From assembly GCA_026986575.1 (NCBI GenBank), contig JALSOH010000004.1, forward strand, positions 224,001-288,000: DNA of 64,000 nucleotides, read 5' to 3'. The translations under genes were made by a program, and so were the position numbers. Each line of letters opens with the position of its first letter. Within the stretch, counting starts at the first letter, position 1. The DNA is from Thermoproteota archaeon (GTDB lineage: Archaea; Korarchaeota; Korarchaeia; Korarchaeales; Korarchaeaceae). Shown here one piece after another: positions 18,952 through 29,162 of the stretch. The notes under the pieces were generated by a model, which was given only the letters and a program-made list of their open reading frames with translations, had not been told where the DNA came from and searched no databases.

Positions 18952-20592
18952 TCACTCCTCACCCTTGCCCTTACCGCCCTCGAATTTCTTACCAGCAGCA
19001 GCTATTATATCATCGATCTTGAGCACGGTGGTCGCGAACTCGGCTGCGGACTCTATGGCCCTCCTGATCACCCTCTCAGGCTCTATTATGTCCTTCTCAT
19101 ACATGTTCTCCACTTCTCCGGTGTATATGTTGAAGCCGTACTCCCTCTTGCCCTCGGCATGTGCCTTCCTCAGCTCAGCCAGCTTGACTATCGGGTCATG
19201 GCCGGCGTTCTCTATCAGGGTCTTGGGTATAGACTCGAGGGCCTCAGCGAACTTCTCCACCACGTTCTGCTCCTTTCCACCGAGCTGGACCGCGTAGTCC
19301 TTGAGCTTAAGCACCAGATCCGTCCAAGCGGCACCGGCGCCCACGACTATCTTCTCATCCTCTATGACGTTCCTAACCACGCTTAGAGCGTCGTGAAGGT
19401 TCCTCTCGGCCTCGTCTATGACCTGCTTCTCTCCACCTCTTATCAGGATGCTAACGGCCCTAGGATCCTTGCATCCCTCGACGAAGACCATCTTGTCTTC
19501 TCCGACCCTTCTCTCCTCAACGAGCTCCGCGTAACCGAGGTCCTTCTCGGATATCTCCTTAACGTTAACGACTATCTTAGCGCCAGTGGCCTTGGCGAGC
19601 TTCTCCATATCGGACTTCCTTACCCTCCTAACGGCCAGTATGCCGTGCTTCGCTAGAAAGTGCTGGGCGACGTCGTCGATGCCCTTCTGGCAGAACACCA
19701 CGTTCGCTTCGGTGGCGGCTATCTTCTCCACTAGCTCGGCCAGCATCTGCTTCTCCTGGTCCAAGAACTCCTTCACCTGAGCCGGTGAGGTTACTCTTAT
19801 CTTAGAGGAGAGCTCAGGCTTCTTTATCTCGAGGGCGCTCTCTATGAGGGCTATCTTGGCGTTCTCTATCCTCCTGGGCATTCTGGGATGCACGACCTCC
19901 TTGTCGATCACTATGCCCCTGATGAGCTTGGTGTCGAACAGGGAACCGCCCTCCTTCTTCTCCAGCTTTATGTTATCGAGATCAACGATCCTCTTACCGT
20001 CCCTCTCCTCCACGACCTGTAGGGCAGCGTCAACGACTAGATCGGCCAGATAGTCTTGTGCCACCCTAGCGGACTTGCTGCTCATGGCTATCTTGGCTAT
20101 CTTCTTCAGCAACTCCCTATCGTTCCACGAGACCTTGATCGCTATCTCATTCAAGTACTCCACTGCCTTTTCCGCGGCCTTCCTGTACCCGGAGATTATC
20201 ACCGTGGGATGTATGCCCAAGTCCAATAGGTCCTCCGCCTTGGCCAGTAGTTCGCCTGCTAGGAGAACTACGGTAGTTGTACCGTCTCCAGCCTCCTGCT
20301 CCTGGGATTTCGCTAGGTCCACCATCATCTTGGCCGTGGGATGCTCGACCTCTATCTCCTTCATTATGGTGGCACCGTCGTGCGTGATTATCACATCCCC
20401 GAAGGGGTCGACGAGCATCTTCTGCATGCCCTTAGGACTGAGAGAAGTCCTTATGGTATCAGCTATGGCCTTTGCAACGGTTATATTCAGTCTCAGAGCT
20501 TCTCTACCCTTAGTTCTAGAGGTTCCTTCCTTTAATATGAGAACGGGGATTGCTCCGGCTCCCTCACCACCTGCACCACCTGCGACAGCCAT
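18952..20592 (-). CDS. ths: Thermosome (group II chaperonin) subunit
   Basis: PVLILKEG, GDGTTT, ITHDGATI, VVGAGA, LKIDD. Confidence 0.97.
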   Translation of the reverse strand: MAVAGGAGGEGAGAIPVLILKEGTSRTKGREALRLNITVAKAIADTIRTSLSPKGMQKMLVDPFGDVIITHDGATIMKEIEVEHPTAKMMVDLAKSQEQEAGDGTTTVVLLAGELLAKAEDLLDLGIHPTVIISGYRKAAEKAVEYLNEIAIKVSWNDRELLKKIAKIAMSSKSARVAQDYLADLVVDAALQVVEERDGKRIVDLDNIKLEKKEGGSLFDTKLIRGIVIDKEVVHPRMPRRIENAKIALIESALEIKKPELSSKIRVTSPAQVKEFLDQEKQMLAELVEKIAATEANVVFCQKGIDDVAQHFLAKHGILAVRRVRKSDMEKLAKATGAKIVVNVKEISEKDLGYAELVEERRVGEDKMVFVEGCKDPRAVSILIRGGEKQVIDEAERNLHDALSVVRNVIEDEKIVVGAGAAWTDLVLKLKDYAVQLGGKEQNVVEKFAEALESIPKTLIENAGHDPIVKLAELRKAHAEGKREYGFNIYTGEVENMYEKDIIEPERVIRRAIESAAEFATTVLKIDDIIAAAGKKFEGGKGKGEE

Positions 20593-20744
20593 ACATATCA
20601 CCTCTTTTACTGGGTCTCTCAGAACTTGTCGCTGGGATTACCCATGTTAGGGTCGATAACCGAGTTAAAAAAGCTTATCAATCTATCCAGCCCTCCCGTT
20701 AACTTGAGGGCCTTCAAAAGAGATTAAAATGGTGAAATATTTGA

Positions 20745-23639
20745 ATGACAGGTGAAGATTTCACCAATCTATTGCCTGATTGCCTGAAATCAGCTATGAA
20801 AGATAGAGGGATTGAGAGGCTAACGGAGATACAGGAGATGGCGATTCCGCTCATTCTCTCGGGTAAAAATTCCCTCCTGATAGCCCCTACAGGGTCTGGA
20901 AAGACTGAAGCAGCCCTATGGCCCGTCCTCGCGATGATGAAAAGGGAAGAGGTGTGGGAGGGATTCATCACGCTTTATGTGACCCCTTTAAGGGCCCTGA
21001 ACAGAGATCTAGAGGAAAGGATAACCTACTGGTCCTCTAGATGTGGCTTTGATGTTGGGGTGAGGCACGGTGATACCTCTAAGGCGGAGAGGGCTAGGCA
21101 ATCGAGATCCCCTCCCCATATCCTCATAACGACCCCGGAAACCCTTCTGATCATAATGTCCGGACCTAAGATCTCTAAATGGCTTAAAAACGTAAGATAT
21201 GTCATTATAGACGAGGTCCACGAGCTACTGGACGACAAGAGGGGTACACAACTCTCCTTATCCCTAGAGAGGCTTGAGAGGATACGAGGGGGGGCATTCC
21301 AGAGGATAATGCTCTCTGCCTCCTTGGGCAACCCCGCGATGGCTCTAGAATACTTCTCCTACAGGAAAGACGGGAAGATCGCATATTCACGAGAGAGTCG
21401 TGTAATGGAGATTTCAGTGGTCTATCCGGAACCATCTCGAAGAGATATCGAGCTATCCAAGACCATGCTCTTGGAACCGGGAGTGATAGCTAAGATCAGG
21501 CTACTGGCTGACCTGATAAGAGAGGCCAGATCGGCCATAGTCTTCACAAACACCAGATCCATGGCGGAGGCCCTTGGCTACAGGATGAAGAAGGCATTCG
21601 AGGAGCTGAAGATACACGTCCATCACAGCTCACTATCGAAGGACGCTAGAGTGGAGAGCGAATCACTCCTCAAGAGAGGAGAGCTCTCTGCGGTGATCAG
21701 CACGAGCTCGTTGGAGCTAGGAATAGATGTAGGGTATGTCGATTTGGTAGTACAGTATGGCTCCCCTAGGCAGGCGATGAAACTGCTTCAAAGGGTCGGT
21801 AGATCCGGGCACGGTCCAGGCAGGGTGGCCAGAGGGGTGGTTGTGGCTCAGGACTCCGACGACTATCTGGAGTCGATAGTGCTAGCTAAGAGAGCCCTCT
21901 CGGGCGATCTAGAGGAATTAAGGCCTTTGGAGAAGTCCTATGATGTGCTCTATCACAGCACCATCGGGCTCCTCTTGGGCGAGAGATCCATCTCACTGCC
22001 GGATCTGGTGAGCATGGTCAAGCGATCATGGCCGTATAGGGAGATAACCATCGATGAGGTTAGGGAGGTCTTCTCCTTCATGTCCAAGGCTTGGCCCAGA
22101 ATTATCTGGTACGATGAAGTAGAGGATAGAATCAAGAGATACGGAGGCGGACTGGCTCACGAGTACTTCTTTTCGAACATCTCTACGATACCCGACACCA
22201 CATCCTACCCGGTGATAGATGACACCACCGGATTCTACATAGGTCAGCTGGATGAGACCTTCGTCTTGGAGTATCTGCTTCCCGGCGTTAAGTTCGTCTT
22301 CAGGGGATCGGTCTGGAAGGTCAAGAGGATAGAAGGCGGTCGAATTTTCGTGGAACAGGTCTTCGACCCGGTCGGTGCCATACCCAGCTGGATAGGGGAG
22401 CAGTTACCCGTGGCAAGGGAGACCGCAATTGAGGTGGGGGCAATCAGGAGGCTCGTGGAGGAGGCTCTATCCAAGGGCACATTGGACGAACTCGCAGATA
22501 GGTTGGTGAGGGAGTATCCCTTCACCACGTCGGAGGACCTCAGGAGAGCCCTAGCCACAGTAGTAGACCACGTGAAACAGGGCTATCCGCTTCCTACAGA
22601 TAGAAGGATCGTGATAGAAGGGATAACGGGCTCGGACGTCGTGATTCACTCCACTCAGGGTAGCTTGGTTAACAGGACGTTAGGGAGAGGTCTATCCTTC
22701 GTCATCTCTAGGGACTTCAAGGTCGCTGTGAGGGTAACTGAGGACCCCTACAGAATAGTGATAATGGGCGTAGGTAAAGAGGCGGTGACCAAGACCCTGC
22801 ATCGTCTCTCCAGAGAGGGTAAAGATACCTTAGTGAAGGCTGTAGCCAATAGTTCATTCTTCAGGATCAGATTACTTCACGTGGCTAAGAGGATGGGCCT
22901 AGTAAGAGATACGGCGAGCTCTAGGATCGTGAGCTTGGCTAAGCTGGCTAAGGCTTACGAAGGTACTCCCATCTACGAGGAAGCTCTAAGAGAGTCCCTC
23001 ACGAAGGACTTCGATGTGGATGGGACGCTGGACCTGCTCAGGTCAATATCCTCGGGGAAGATGGAAGTGGTCATGTCTGAGAAGCAGGGTCCGAGTCCCC
23101 TGTCTCTGCTGGGATTGGAGAGATCAGGTCTCCCTCTAGAGATAATCCCTCCCTCGGAATTGAGTAAGAGGTTGCTGGAGAGCTTCAAGTACAGGATACT
23201 TTCACAGCAGATCACGCTGGTCTGCTCCAACTGTTGGAGATGGAGCATGGACACTACGGTATCGAGCCTCCTAGATCTGGGAAAAGTGCCCAAATGTCCG
23301 GTGTGTGGAAGTAGCAGGATAGCCGCCCTCTCTGGGTATTGGGCATCCGAAGCGAAGGAATATGTGGAGGAATCTAAGAGAAGGGGGAGACCCTCGGTAC
23401 CTAACTGGGAGCTGGCTAACAGGGTCTATGAACTCGGCTCACTCACCGAGAGGTATGGGTTACCAGCAGTAGTCGCGATGGCCGCTAGGGGAGTGGATCC
23501 CATGGACATCGAGTGGCTGGTAACGAGGCGGACCGAGTTGGACGAGGATTTCATGGCTGAACTCGCTAAAGTTGAGACCGAGGCCGTAAAAAGGAGGCTG
23601 ACTGGGAAGAAGAGGAGAAGGAGGAAGAGGTCTGGTTAG
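20745..23639 (+). CDS. Lhr-like SF2 DEAD/DEAH helicase with C-terminal Zn finger
   Basis: APTGSGKT, PLRALNRD, DEVH, HHSSLS, SSLELGID, QRVGRSGH, IPSWIGE, CSNC/CPVC. Confidence 0.92.
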   Translation: MTGEDFTNLLPDCLKSAMKDRGIERLTEIQEMAIPLILSGKNSLLIAPTGSGKTEAALWPVLAMMKREEVWEGFITLYVTPLRALNRDLEERITYWSSRCGFDVGVRHGDTSKAERARQSRSPPHILITTPETLLIIMSGPKISKWLKNVRYVIIDEVHELLDDKRGTQLSLSLERLERIRGGAFQRIMLSASLGNPAMALEYFSYRKDGKIAYSRESRVMEISVVYPEPSRRDIELSKTMLLEPGVIAKIRLLADLIREARSAIVFTNTRSMAEALGYRMKKAFEELKIHVHHSSLSKDARVESESLLKRGELSAVISTSSLELGIDVGYVDLVVQYGSPRQAMKLLQRVGRSGHGPGRVARGVVVAQDSDDYLESIVLAKRALSGDLEELRPLEKSYDVLYHSTIGLLLGERSISLPDLVSMVKRSWPYREITIDEVREVFSFMSKAWPRIIWYDEVEDRIKRYGGGLAHEYFFSNISTIPDTTSYPVIDDTTGFYIGQLDETFVLEYLLPGVKFVFRGSVWKVKRIEGGRIFVEQVFDPVGAIPSWIGEQLPVARETAIEVGAIRRLVEEALSKGTLDELADRLVREYPFTTSEDLRRALATVVDHVKQGYPLPTDRRIVIEGITGSDVVIHSTQGSLVNRTLGRGLSFVISRDFKVAVRVTEDPYRIVIMGVGKEAVTKTLHRLSREGKDTLVKAVANSSFFRIRLLHVAKRMGLVRDTASSRIVSLAKLAKAYEGTPIYEEALRESLTKDFDVDGTLDLLRSISSGKMEVVMSEKQGPSPLSLLGLERSGLPLEIIPPSELSKRLLESFKYRILSQQITLVCSNCWRWSMDTTVSSLLDLGKVPKCPVCGSSRIAALSGYWASEAKEYVEESKRRGRPSVPNWELANRVYELGSLTERYGLPAVVAMAARGVDPMDIEWLVTRRTELDEDFMAELAKVETEAVKRRLTGKKRRRRKRSG

Positions 23640-23643
23640 GTTG

Positions 23644-24270
23644 TCAAGTCAGGAGGCCCGCACCCTTCAGGATTCTAATAGCGGCACTCCTCGGATCTTC
23701 CGACTTCGTTATTGCCCTCCCCACCATGACGAAATCGGCTCTTTTAGCTACTTCCCCTATGGTAGACTCGTTTATACCCCCGGCGACACCTATCTTAACT
23801 CCCAGCTCTTTGGCGGAGTCCAGCAACTCGTATTCGGAGAACACCCCCTCATCGACTCCCCTGTGCAGGCATATCCTGTGTATACCGAATTCTATGATCT
23901 CCTTCAAACGGGGCACCACGTTTCTAAGACCTAAAGTGTCCACCAATACCTCTCCTCCGGATTCCTCGGCTCTTCTGACCGCTTCCTTTATTGTCTCATC
24001 CGGTGACACGGCCATCACGCTCATCAGATCGGCACCGGAGGAGAAGGCCAAATCAGCCTCTAGGTACCCCGTGTCCATGGTCTTAGTGTCAGCAAACAGC
24101 TTAACCTCAGGAAATCTCTCCCTGAGTTTTCTCACAGATCTCATTCCTTCAGCCTTTATCAGTGGAGTCCCGACCTCAATCTCCGTGAAGCCAGCTTCCA
24201 CCGCCAGCTCAGCTATCCTAATAGCCCTATCCAAGGATGTCAGATCGAGCGACAGGAACACCTCTACCAT
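23644..24270 (-). CDS. hps: 3-hexulose-6-phosphate synthase (OMPDC/HUMPS family)
   Basis: LSLD, EVGTPLIKAEG, ADTKTMDTG, HRGVD, VAGGI, VGRAIT. Confidence 0.85.
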   Translation of the reverse strand: MVEVFLSLDLTSLDRAIRIAELAVEAGFTEIEVGTPLIKAEGMRSVRKLRERFPEVKLFADTKTMDTGYLEADLAFSSGADLMSVMAVSPDETIKEAVRRAEESGGEVLVDTLGLRNVVPRLKEIIEFGIHRICLHRGVDEGVFSEYELLDSAKELGVKIGVAGGINESTIGEVAKRADFVMVGRAITKSEDPRSAAIRILKGAGLLT

Positions 24271-24542
24271 TCCGAGCCCCCCATCCATCTCCTGACCACG
24301 TAAATGAGTGCCAGAATTAAAACTAGAGAGATGAGGATCAGCGCCACGGTGATGTGTAGGGGGATGTTCTCCCCAGCGGCGAAGATGAAGGGACCTATTA
24401 TCACCACGAAACCTCCACCGGAACCAGCTTCGGTGGAGTGAGAGACCATCAGGGCCATAAAGCCCATCATGACGAGGGACACCCCCATGAAGATCAAGAA
24501 CACTCTGACGAAAATCTTCTCATCTATCTCACTCATGACCAA
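24264..24542 (-). CDS. DUF131/TIGR00304 family membrane protein
   Basis: Two TM helices flanking GGGFVVIIGPFIF. Confidence 0.7.
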   Translation of the reverse strand: MVMSEIDEKIFVRVFLIFMGVSLVMMGFMALMVSHSTEAGSGGGFVVIIGPFIFAAGENIPLHITVALILISLVLILALIYVVRRWMGGSEW

Positions 24543-24772
24543 GCCCCCATGAGAACTACCATGGTCAGCATCAGCAGGATGGATGTCGCTACTAGTACGA
24601 TTAGAAGCGATGTCTTAATGTTCTTACCGAACACTATGGGGATAGGCCCTATTAGTATTACCCCACCAACGCTGTAGTCCCCGAACTTCCGGGATGGCAG
24701 TAGCAGCGCCAGCACGATTAGCACAAGTCCCATCACTATTAGGAGAATACCCATGAGGTCTAGAGGGCTCAA
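24533..24772 (-). CDS. DUF131/TIGR00304 family membrane protein
   Basis: GGVILIGPIPIVFG signature between two TM helices. Confidence 0.82.
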   Translation of the reverse strand: MSPLDLMGILLIVMGLVLIVLALLLPSRKFGDYSVGGVILIGPIPIVFGKNIKTSLLIVLVATSILLMLTMVVLMGAWS

Positions 24773-26166
24773 GATCTCATCCCCCCGACCAACTTAGCGA
24801 GCTTGGGATAATTCGACGGATCCCCCCTGACCCTAACTATCTCTCCATCCATTAAAGGCGTGCTTGGGCTAAAGGGTAGGGGGAAACCGGACGGATCGTA
24901 TATAGAAATGACCTCGTATCCGGTAATCTCTATGAATTGGGAAACGGTCATCCCTCTGGACTTGGATCTCCTCTCTACTTTAAAAGCCACATAGTGCGGC
25001 GAACCTCCCTTGAAGTAGGGTGATTCGTGCCTCAGGGACCTGAGGTCCCAGATCCTCCGGAGGACCTCGGCTATCATCTTGGATGCTGTACCATCCCCGA
25101 ACGGATTGGGGAGGCTCTCTATCCTTTTTCTAACCTCCTCCTCGTAGAGGAACCTCCTAACCGCTGACACTATGGAGGATGGATTGGCGCCCGCTATCTC
25201 GCCGAATCCAAGTTCAACTATCTCAGGCCTCTCCGTGTTATCCCTCAATATGATGCAGGGCTTCTTCAGGGTGGCTGACTCCTCCTGAACCCCGCCGGAA
25301 TCGGTAGCCACCACATCTGAAGCCGATAGAAGCCTCAAAAAATCTATGTAGCCTAGGGGCTCTATCAACATCACATGCTCCAACTTCCTCAGTTCGCCCA
25401 ACAGACCGAAAGCCTTCAGTCTCTTGTAAGTTCTCGGATGCAGAGGCCACACTATGGTCAGCTCATCCAATTCCCTCAGGGCTTTCACTATCCCCAGCAT
25501 CCTGTACTCCCTGTCGGCATTTTCCTTCCTGTGGACTGTGATAGTCATGAGGGGCTCACCCTCTATTACGCCCAATTCCTTCAGGATGTTGGATCGTCTA
25601 ATGGTACTCCACATCTTCTCAACGACGTCAACTATGGTATTGCCGCTCAATACAATTCTCTCAGGGGGATAGCCCTCCTCATTGAGATTGGAGAAAGCTC
25701 TGGGGGTGGGGGCGAAGTTCAGCGAAGCGAGGTGATCGGCGACCCTCCTGTTTATCTCCTCCGGCATCGTGAAATCGTAGCTCCTGAGCCCTGATTCTAT
25801 GTGTATGAAGGGAATCTCTAGTTTAGAAGCAGCCAAAGCAGTTCCAAGCACGGAGTTCGTATCGCCCACCGACAGGACAGCATCTGGTTCGTAGTTCTCC
25901 ACAACCTTTCCCATCTCATGTAGAACTCTAGCAGTCTGACCCACCTGATCTCCCGATCCTATGCCCAAGTTGAGGTCTGGCTCATCAAGTCCAAGCTCGG
26001 AGAAGAACACATCGCTCATTTCCCAATCGTAGTGCTGTCCGGTATGCACTAGAAACAGCTCTACATCCTTTATACGCGATAGAGCTTCGTATATGGGTGC
26101 CATCTTGATGATCTCAGGTCTAGTGCCCACCGACAGAAGCAACCTCATGTTCCTTCGCTTCTTCAT
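24769..26166 (-). CDS. wecB: UDP-N-acetylglucosamine 2-epimerase (non-hydrolysing) with C-terminal TrkA-C-like extension
   Basis: GTRPEIIK, TGQHYD, GDTNS, HIESGLRS, PEEINR, HRKEN, TDSGGVQEE, TERPE, NPFGDG. Confidence 0.92.
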   Translation of the reverse strand: MKKRRNMRLLLSVGTRPEIIKMAPIYEALSRIKDVELFLVHTGQHYDWEMSDVFFSELGLDEPDLNLGIGSGDQVGQTARVLHEMGKVVENYEPDAVLSVGDTNSVLGTALAASKLEIPFIHIESGLRSYDFTMPEEINRRVADHLASLNFAPTPRAFSNLNEEGYPPERIVLSGNTIVDVVEKMWSTIRRSNILKELGVIEGEPLMTITVHRKENADREYRMLGIVKALRELDELTIVWPLHPRTYKRLKAFGLLGELRKLEHVMLIEPLGYIDFLRLLSASDVVATDSGGVQEESATLKKPCIILRDNTERPEIVELGFGEIAGANPSSIVSAVRRFLYEEEVRKRIESLPNPFGDGTASKMIAEVLRRIWDLRSLRHESPYFKGGSPHYVAFKVERRSKSRGMTVSQFIEITGYEVISIYDPSGFPLPFSPSTPLMDGEIVRVRGDPSNYPKLAKLVGGMRS

Positions 26167-26227
26167 GACCTGTAATCATTTTTAATAAACGGAGGTGGAC
26201 CTACCAGACACCTGAAAGGTGATCTAC

Positions 26228-28639
26228 ATGCTCAAGCCGGAAAAGGTAGTCCGATTCTACGCTTACACAACCAAACTGCATGTAGACGATATGGCAGAAG
26301 CCCTCATGGAGTTCGATGATGTCCATGTAGAACCCCCAGAGGGACTCCCTGGAGTTAAACCTCCGGAGGGCCTGGAAACTCCGGATTTAGATGCTTATGA
26401 GGAGATGGTTAGGGCTGTAGAGAGAGTCAGCGCGCTGACGGGCATACCTATTGAAGAGATACTTGAAGAGGCTAAGAAAGGCAAACTACCCGAAGGGTCA
26501 GGGACTGACAACTACAGAGAAATGATATCGAAGCTAGATGACATTGTAGGTAAGTATCTAGCGTTAAAAAAGGAGATAGAACTGTCAAAGAAGGCTAAAT
26601 CATTACTGAAAGAGAGATCTAGAAGATTAGAGGAACTTGAAATCAAGATATCGGAAATAGAGGCTAAGATAAGGGAATACTACTCGACAGCCTTAGAGAT
26701 AACCGAGGAAGATCCATCCAAGCTGCGGCTCGGGAGAATGATACTGCAGGTGGACAGAAACCTGATAAGAGCCTCCTCCCTAGTTAACATGGCCGCTGAC
26801 CCATCGATGACTGTAAGTGACGTAGATGAGATAATGAAGAATGCTTTAGACGCCTTAGAAGATGCGGACATAACGCTAGAGGACCTGAGTGAAGAAGTTA
26901 GGGAGGAGCTCCTCGTAAAGATAAAATCCAAGTTGGAGGAGCTTAAAGATCTCATAAAGGATGTCAGGAAGGACATAGTGGAATATTCTTCCATTCAAGA
27001 CAGGCTGTCCGAGTTCAAGGCCATAGAAAGCATGTGGAGCAGCATAAAAGACACCATAAAGAGCTTGCCAGAGCTAAGCCCGCTTCTGGCAGAGAAAGAA
27101 CCAGCAATCACTAAGGTAACTCAAAGGATCTCAGAGCTGGAGGAAGAGGTGAAACGCAGAGAGATTGAGATTAGGAATAAGGTTCTAGAGGTAAAGAAGT
27201 TAGCGTCCCAGGTGAGGAGCCTCTATGTAGAATTCAGGGACAAGCTCCTCACCATAAAGGAGGTAGCTGCCGGCGAGGCGGAAAGAAGGGTTTCAGAGCT
27301 CATAGAAGAAGCTAAACCTGTGATAACGGAGAAAGGGAAGCTAGAAGAGGAGATAGAGAAGTTGAAGGCTCTTTCAAGGAAGGAAGAGGTCGGTAGGCTG
27401 AAGCAGGAAGCTGAAAAGTTCTTACAGCTTGTGAGAGAGCAAGCAGCAGAAGTAGCTGCCTTAGCTCTCAATATAAAGCCAAGGGCACTGGTTCAGAAGC
27501 TGAAGACCCTGACGTACGTCGGAGAGGAGATCGCCGTCACCTCTGGATGGATACCCGCCTCTAAAAAGGAGGATTTCGAGAGCCGCATGAAAGACAGACT
27601 AGAGAATTACTTGGCAATGGAGTATGAGGAGCCGAAGGAAGCTAGTGAAGCACCTTCTAAGGTTAAGCTACCCAGCTTTCTCAAGCCCATTAGCCTACTC
27701 ACGCACAAGCTGTACGGATTTCCGTCCATATTCGAGGTGGATCCCACTGCCCTCACCGCGATATTCTTCCCGATAATGTTCGGCATGATGTTCGGAGATG
27801 TAGGGCACGGCCTGACGCTGGCCTTATTCGGCGCGTTCCTCTATGCTAAAACGAGAGGTGGAATGAGAGATCTGGGGGGTATACTGGTCTACTCAGGAAT
27901 AGCTGCCGCTTTCTTTGGATATCTGTACGGGATGGTGTTCTTCATCGCCTTCACCGAGCACCCCATAATGAGCCCCCTTCATGACACCTTCCAGCTCATA
28001 GCCGTCGCGCTGCTTTTCGGTGCCTTTGAACTGATGGTGGGATTCGTCCTGAACACGGTGAACAAGATACTGGAAGGGGATGTATTCGCAGCCCTCTTCG
28101 AGTATAAAGGACTCGCGACTCTAGTAATGTACGCCGGCGCCGTCTATGCCATACTCAGAAACAATGCTCAAATAATGCTCGTGCTGAAGGACCCCTTGTT
28201 CCAGGCCATGGTCATTCCCCTGCTAATCACGGTCCTATCTCCGATATACAGATCGATCAAGGAGGGCCACGGTATCGGACTGGGCGCCACGGAAGCAGTA
28301 GAGACCTTCTTGGAAAGCGTCTTAGCCCTGCTTAGCAACTCTCTGTCCTACGTCAGGCTGGCCGCGTTTGCTGTAATCCACGAGGTGTTCGGTGTCTTAG
28401 CGGCTCAGCTCATCGCTGGCCAAGAGGTGGTCTCTATAAGCAATATAGGTGTCCTCCTGTCTCCTGTCGCCCTAGTATCCTTCATCTTCGTGAACGTGGC
28501 TGTGATGGGATTGGAGGGCATGCTGTCCTTCATACAAGCGACTAGGCTCACCTTCTACGAGTTCTTCACCAAATTCTACAAAGCCGCGGGGAGGCAGTTC
28601 AAGAGGGTCTCTGAGCTCCTAGGACCGGTCCTCTCCTGA
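26228..28639 (+). CDS. atpI: A1A0 ATP synthase subunit I (a)
   Basis: GWIP, EVDPT, FPIMFGMMFGDVGHG, SNSLSYVRLAA, RLTFYEFFTKFY. Confidence 0.93.
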   Translation: MLKPEKVVRFYAYTTKLHVDDMAEALMEFDDVHVEPPEGLPGVKPPEGLETPDLDAYEEMVRAVERVSALTGIPIEEILEEAKKGKLPEGSGTDNYREMISKLDDIVGKYLALKKEIELSKKAKSLLKERSRRLEELEIKISEIEAKIREYYSTALEITEEDPSKLRLGRMILQVDRNLIRASSLVNMAADPSMTVSDVDEIMKNALDALEDADITLEDLSEEVREELLVKIKSKLEELKDLIKDVRKDIVEYSSIQDRLSEFKAIESMWSSIKDTIKSLPELSPLLAEKEPAITKVTQRISELEEEVKRREIEIRNKVLEVKKLASQVRSLYVEFRDKLLTIKEVAAGEAERRVSELIEEAKPVITEKGKLEEEIEKLKALSRKEEVGRLKQEAEKFLQLVREQAAEVAALALNIKPRALVQKLKTLTYVGEEIAVTSGWIPASKKEDFESRMKDRLENYLAMEYEEPKEASEAPSKVKLPSFLKPISLLTHKLYGFPSIFEVDPTALTAIFFPIMFGMMFGDVGHGLTLALFGAFLYAKTRGGMRDLGGILVYSGIAAAFFGYLYGMVFFIAFTEHPIMSPLHDTFQLIAVALLFGAFELMVGFVLNTVNKILEGDVFAALFEYKGLATLVMYAGAVYAILRNNAQIMLVLKDPLFQAMVIPLLITVLSPIYRSIKEGHGIGLGATEAVETFLESVLALLSNSLSYVRLAAFAVIHEVFGVLAAQLIAGQEVVSISNIGVLLSPVALVSFIFVNVAVMGLEGMLSFIQATRLTFYEFFTKFYKAAGRQFKRVSELLGPVLS

Positions 28640-28714
28640 TAACAAATTTTTTAATTACCCCGTATCCTCACATCCGGTGGCTTTAGGAGACCCAGATGAT
28701 CCAAGGGTGATCGT

Positions 28715-29035
28715 ATGGTGAGCATGAAGACCAAGAAGATGCTTTCCTATGTGATCTTAGGACTTCCTCTGATCCTAATCCCAATGACCGTGATCGGAGT
28801 AGCTGCTGCACCTCAGGAAGCCCCTCAGGAGGGTTCTGGGCTCAAATACATTGGAGCCGCGCTAGCTGTGCTCGGTAGCACCATAGGTGCGGGAATAGGG
28901 CTCTATGGAGTTGCCATAGGTGGTAGTGCCTTATTGGCCGAGAATCCCAATGCGTTTACTCAGGTACTGATATTAGGAGGTCTCGCTGAAGGAGTTGCCG
29001 TTTACGGGCTGTTGGTCGCCTTCCTCCTCATATGA
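28715..29035 (+). CDS. atpK: A1A0 ATP synthase subunit K (c, proteolipid)
   Basis: IGAALAV..GAGIG, AENP loop, GLAEGVAVYG carrying the conserved Glu; single hairpin plus N-terminal hydrophobic extension. Confidence 0.92.
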   Translation: MVSMKTKKMLSYVILGLPLILIPMTVIGVAAAPQEAPQEGSGLKYIGAALAVLGSTIGAGIGLYGVAIGGSALLAENPNAFTQVLILGGLAEGVAVYGLLVAFLLI

Positions 29036-29037
29036 GG

Positions 29038-29057
29038 GGGAAGCCTTCCCTATTTTC
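29038..29057 (+). terminator. Possible terminator after atpK
   Basis: GGGAAG-C-CTTCCC inverted repeat followed by TATTTTC, between convergent genes. Confidence 0.3.
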
Positions 29058-29162
29058 TAATTCTACACTCACGTCTTCTCTAGATGAGAGGAGTTACCAT
29101 CCATCAGCGTTGCAGAAGAAGGTGACTGCCAAGGGAGGAGAAGTAAAAAGTAGAAAGAACTC

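Noticed and set aside
18757-20650. Long + strand ORFs opposite thermosome/rpoK, and similar antisense ORFs across the core regions
   Set aside because: Antisense shadows of conserved genes; Ser/Leu-rich with no motifs.
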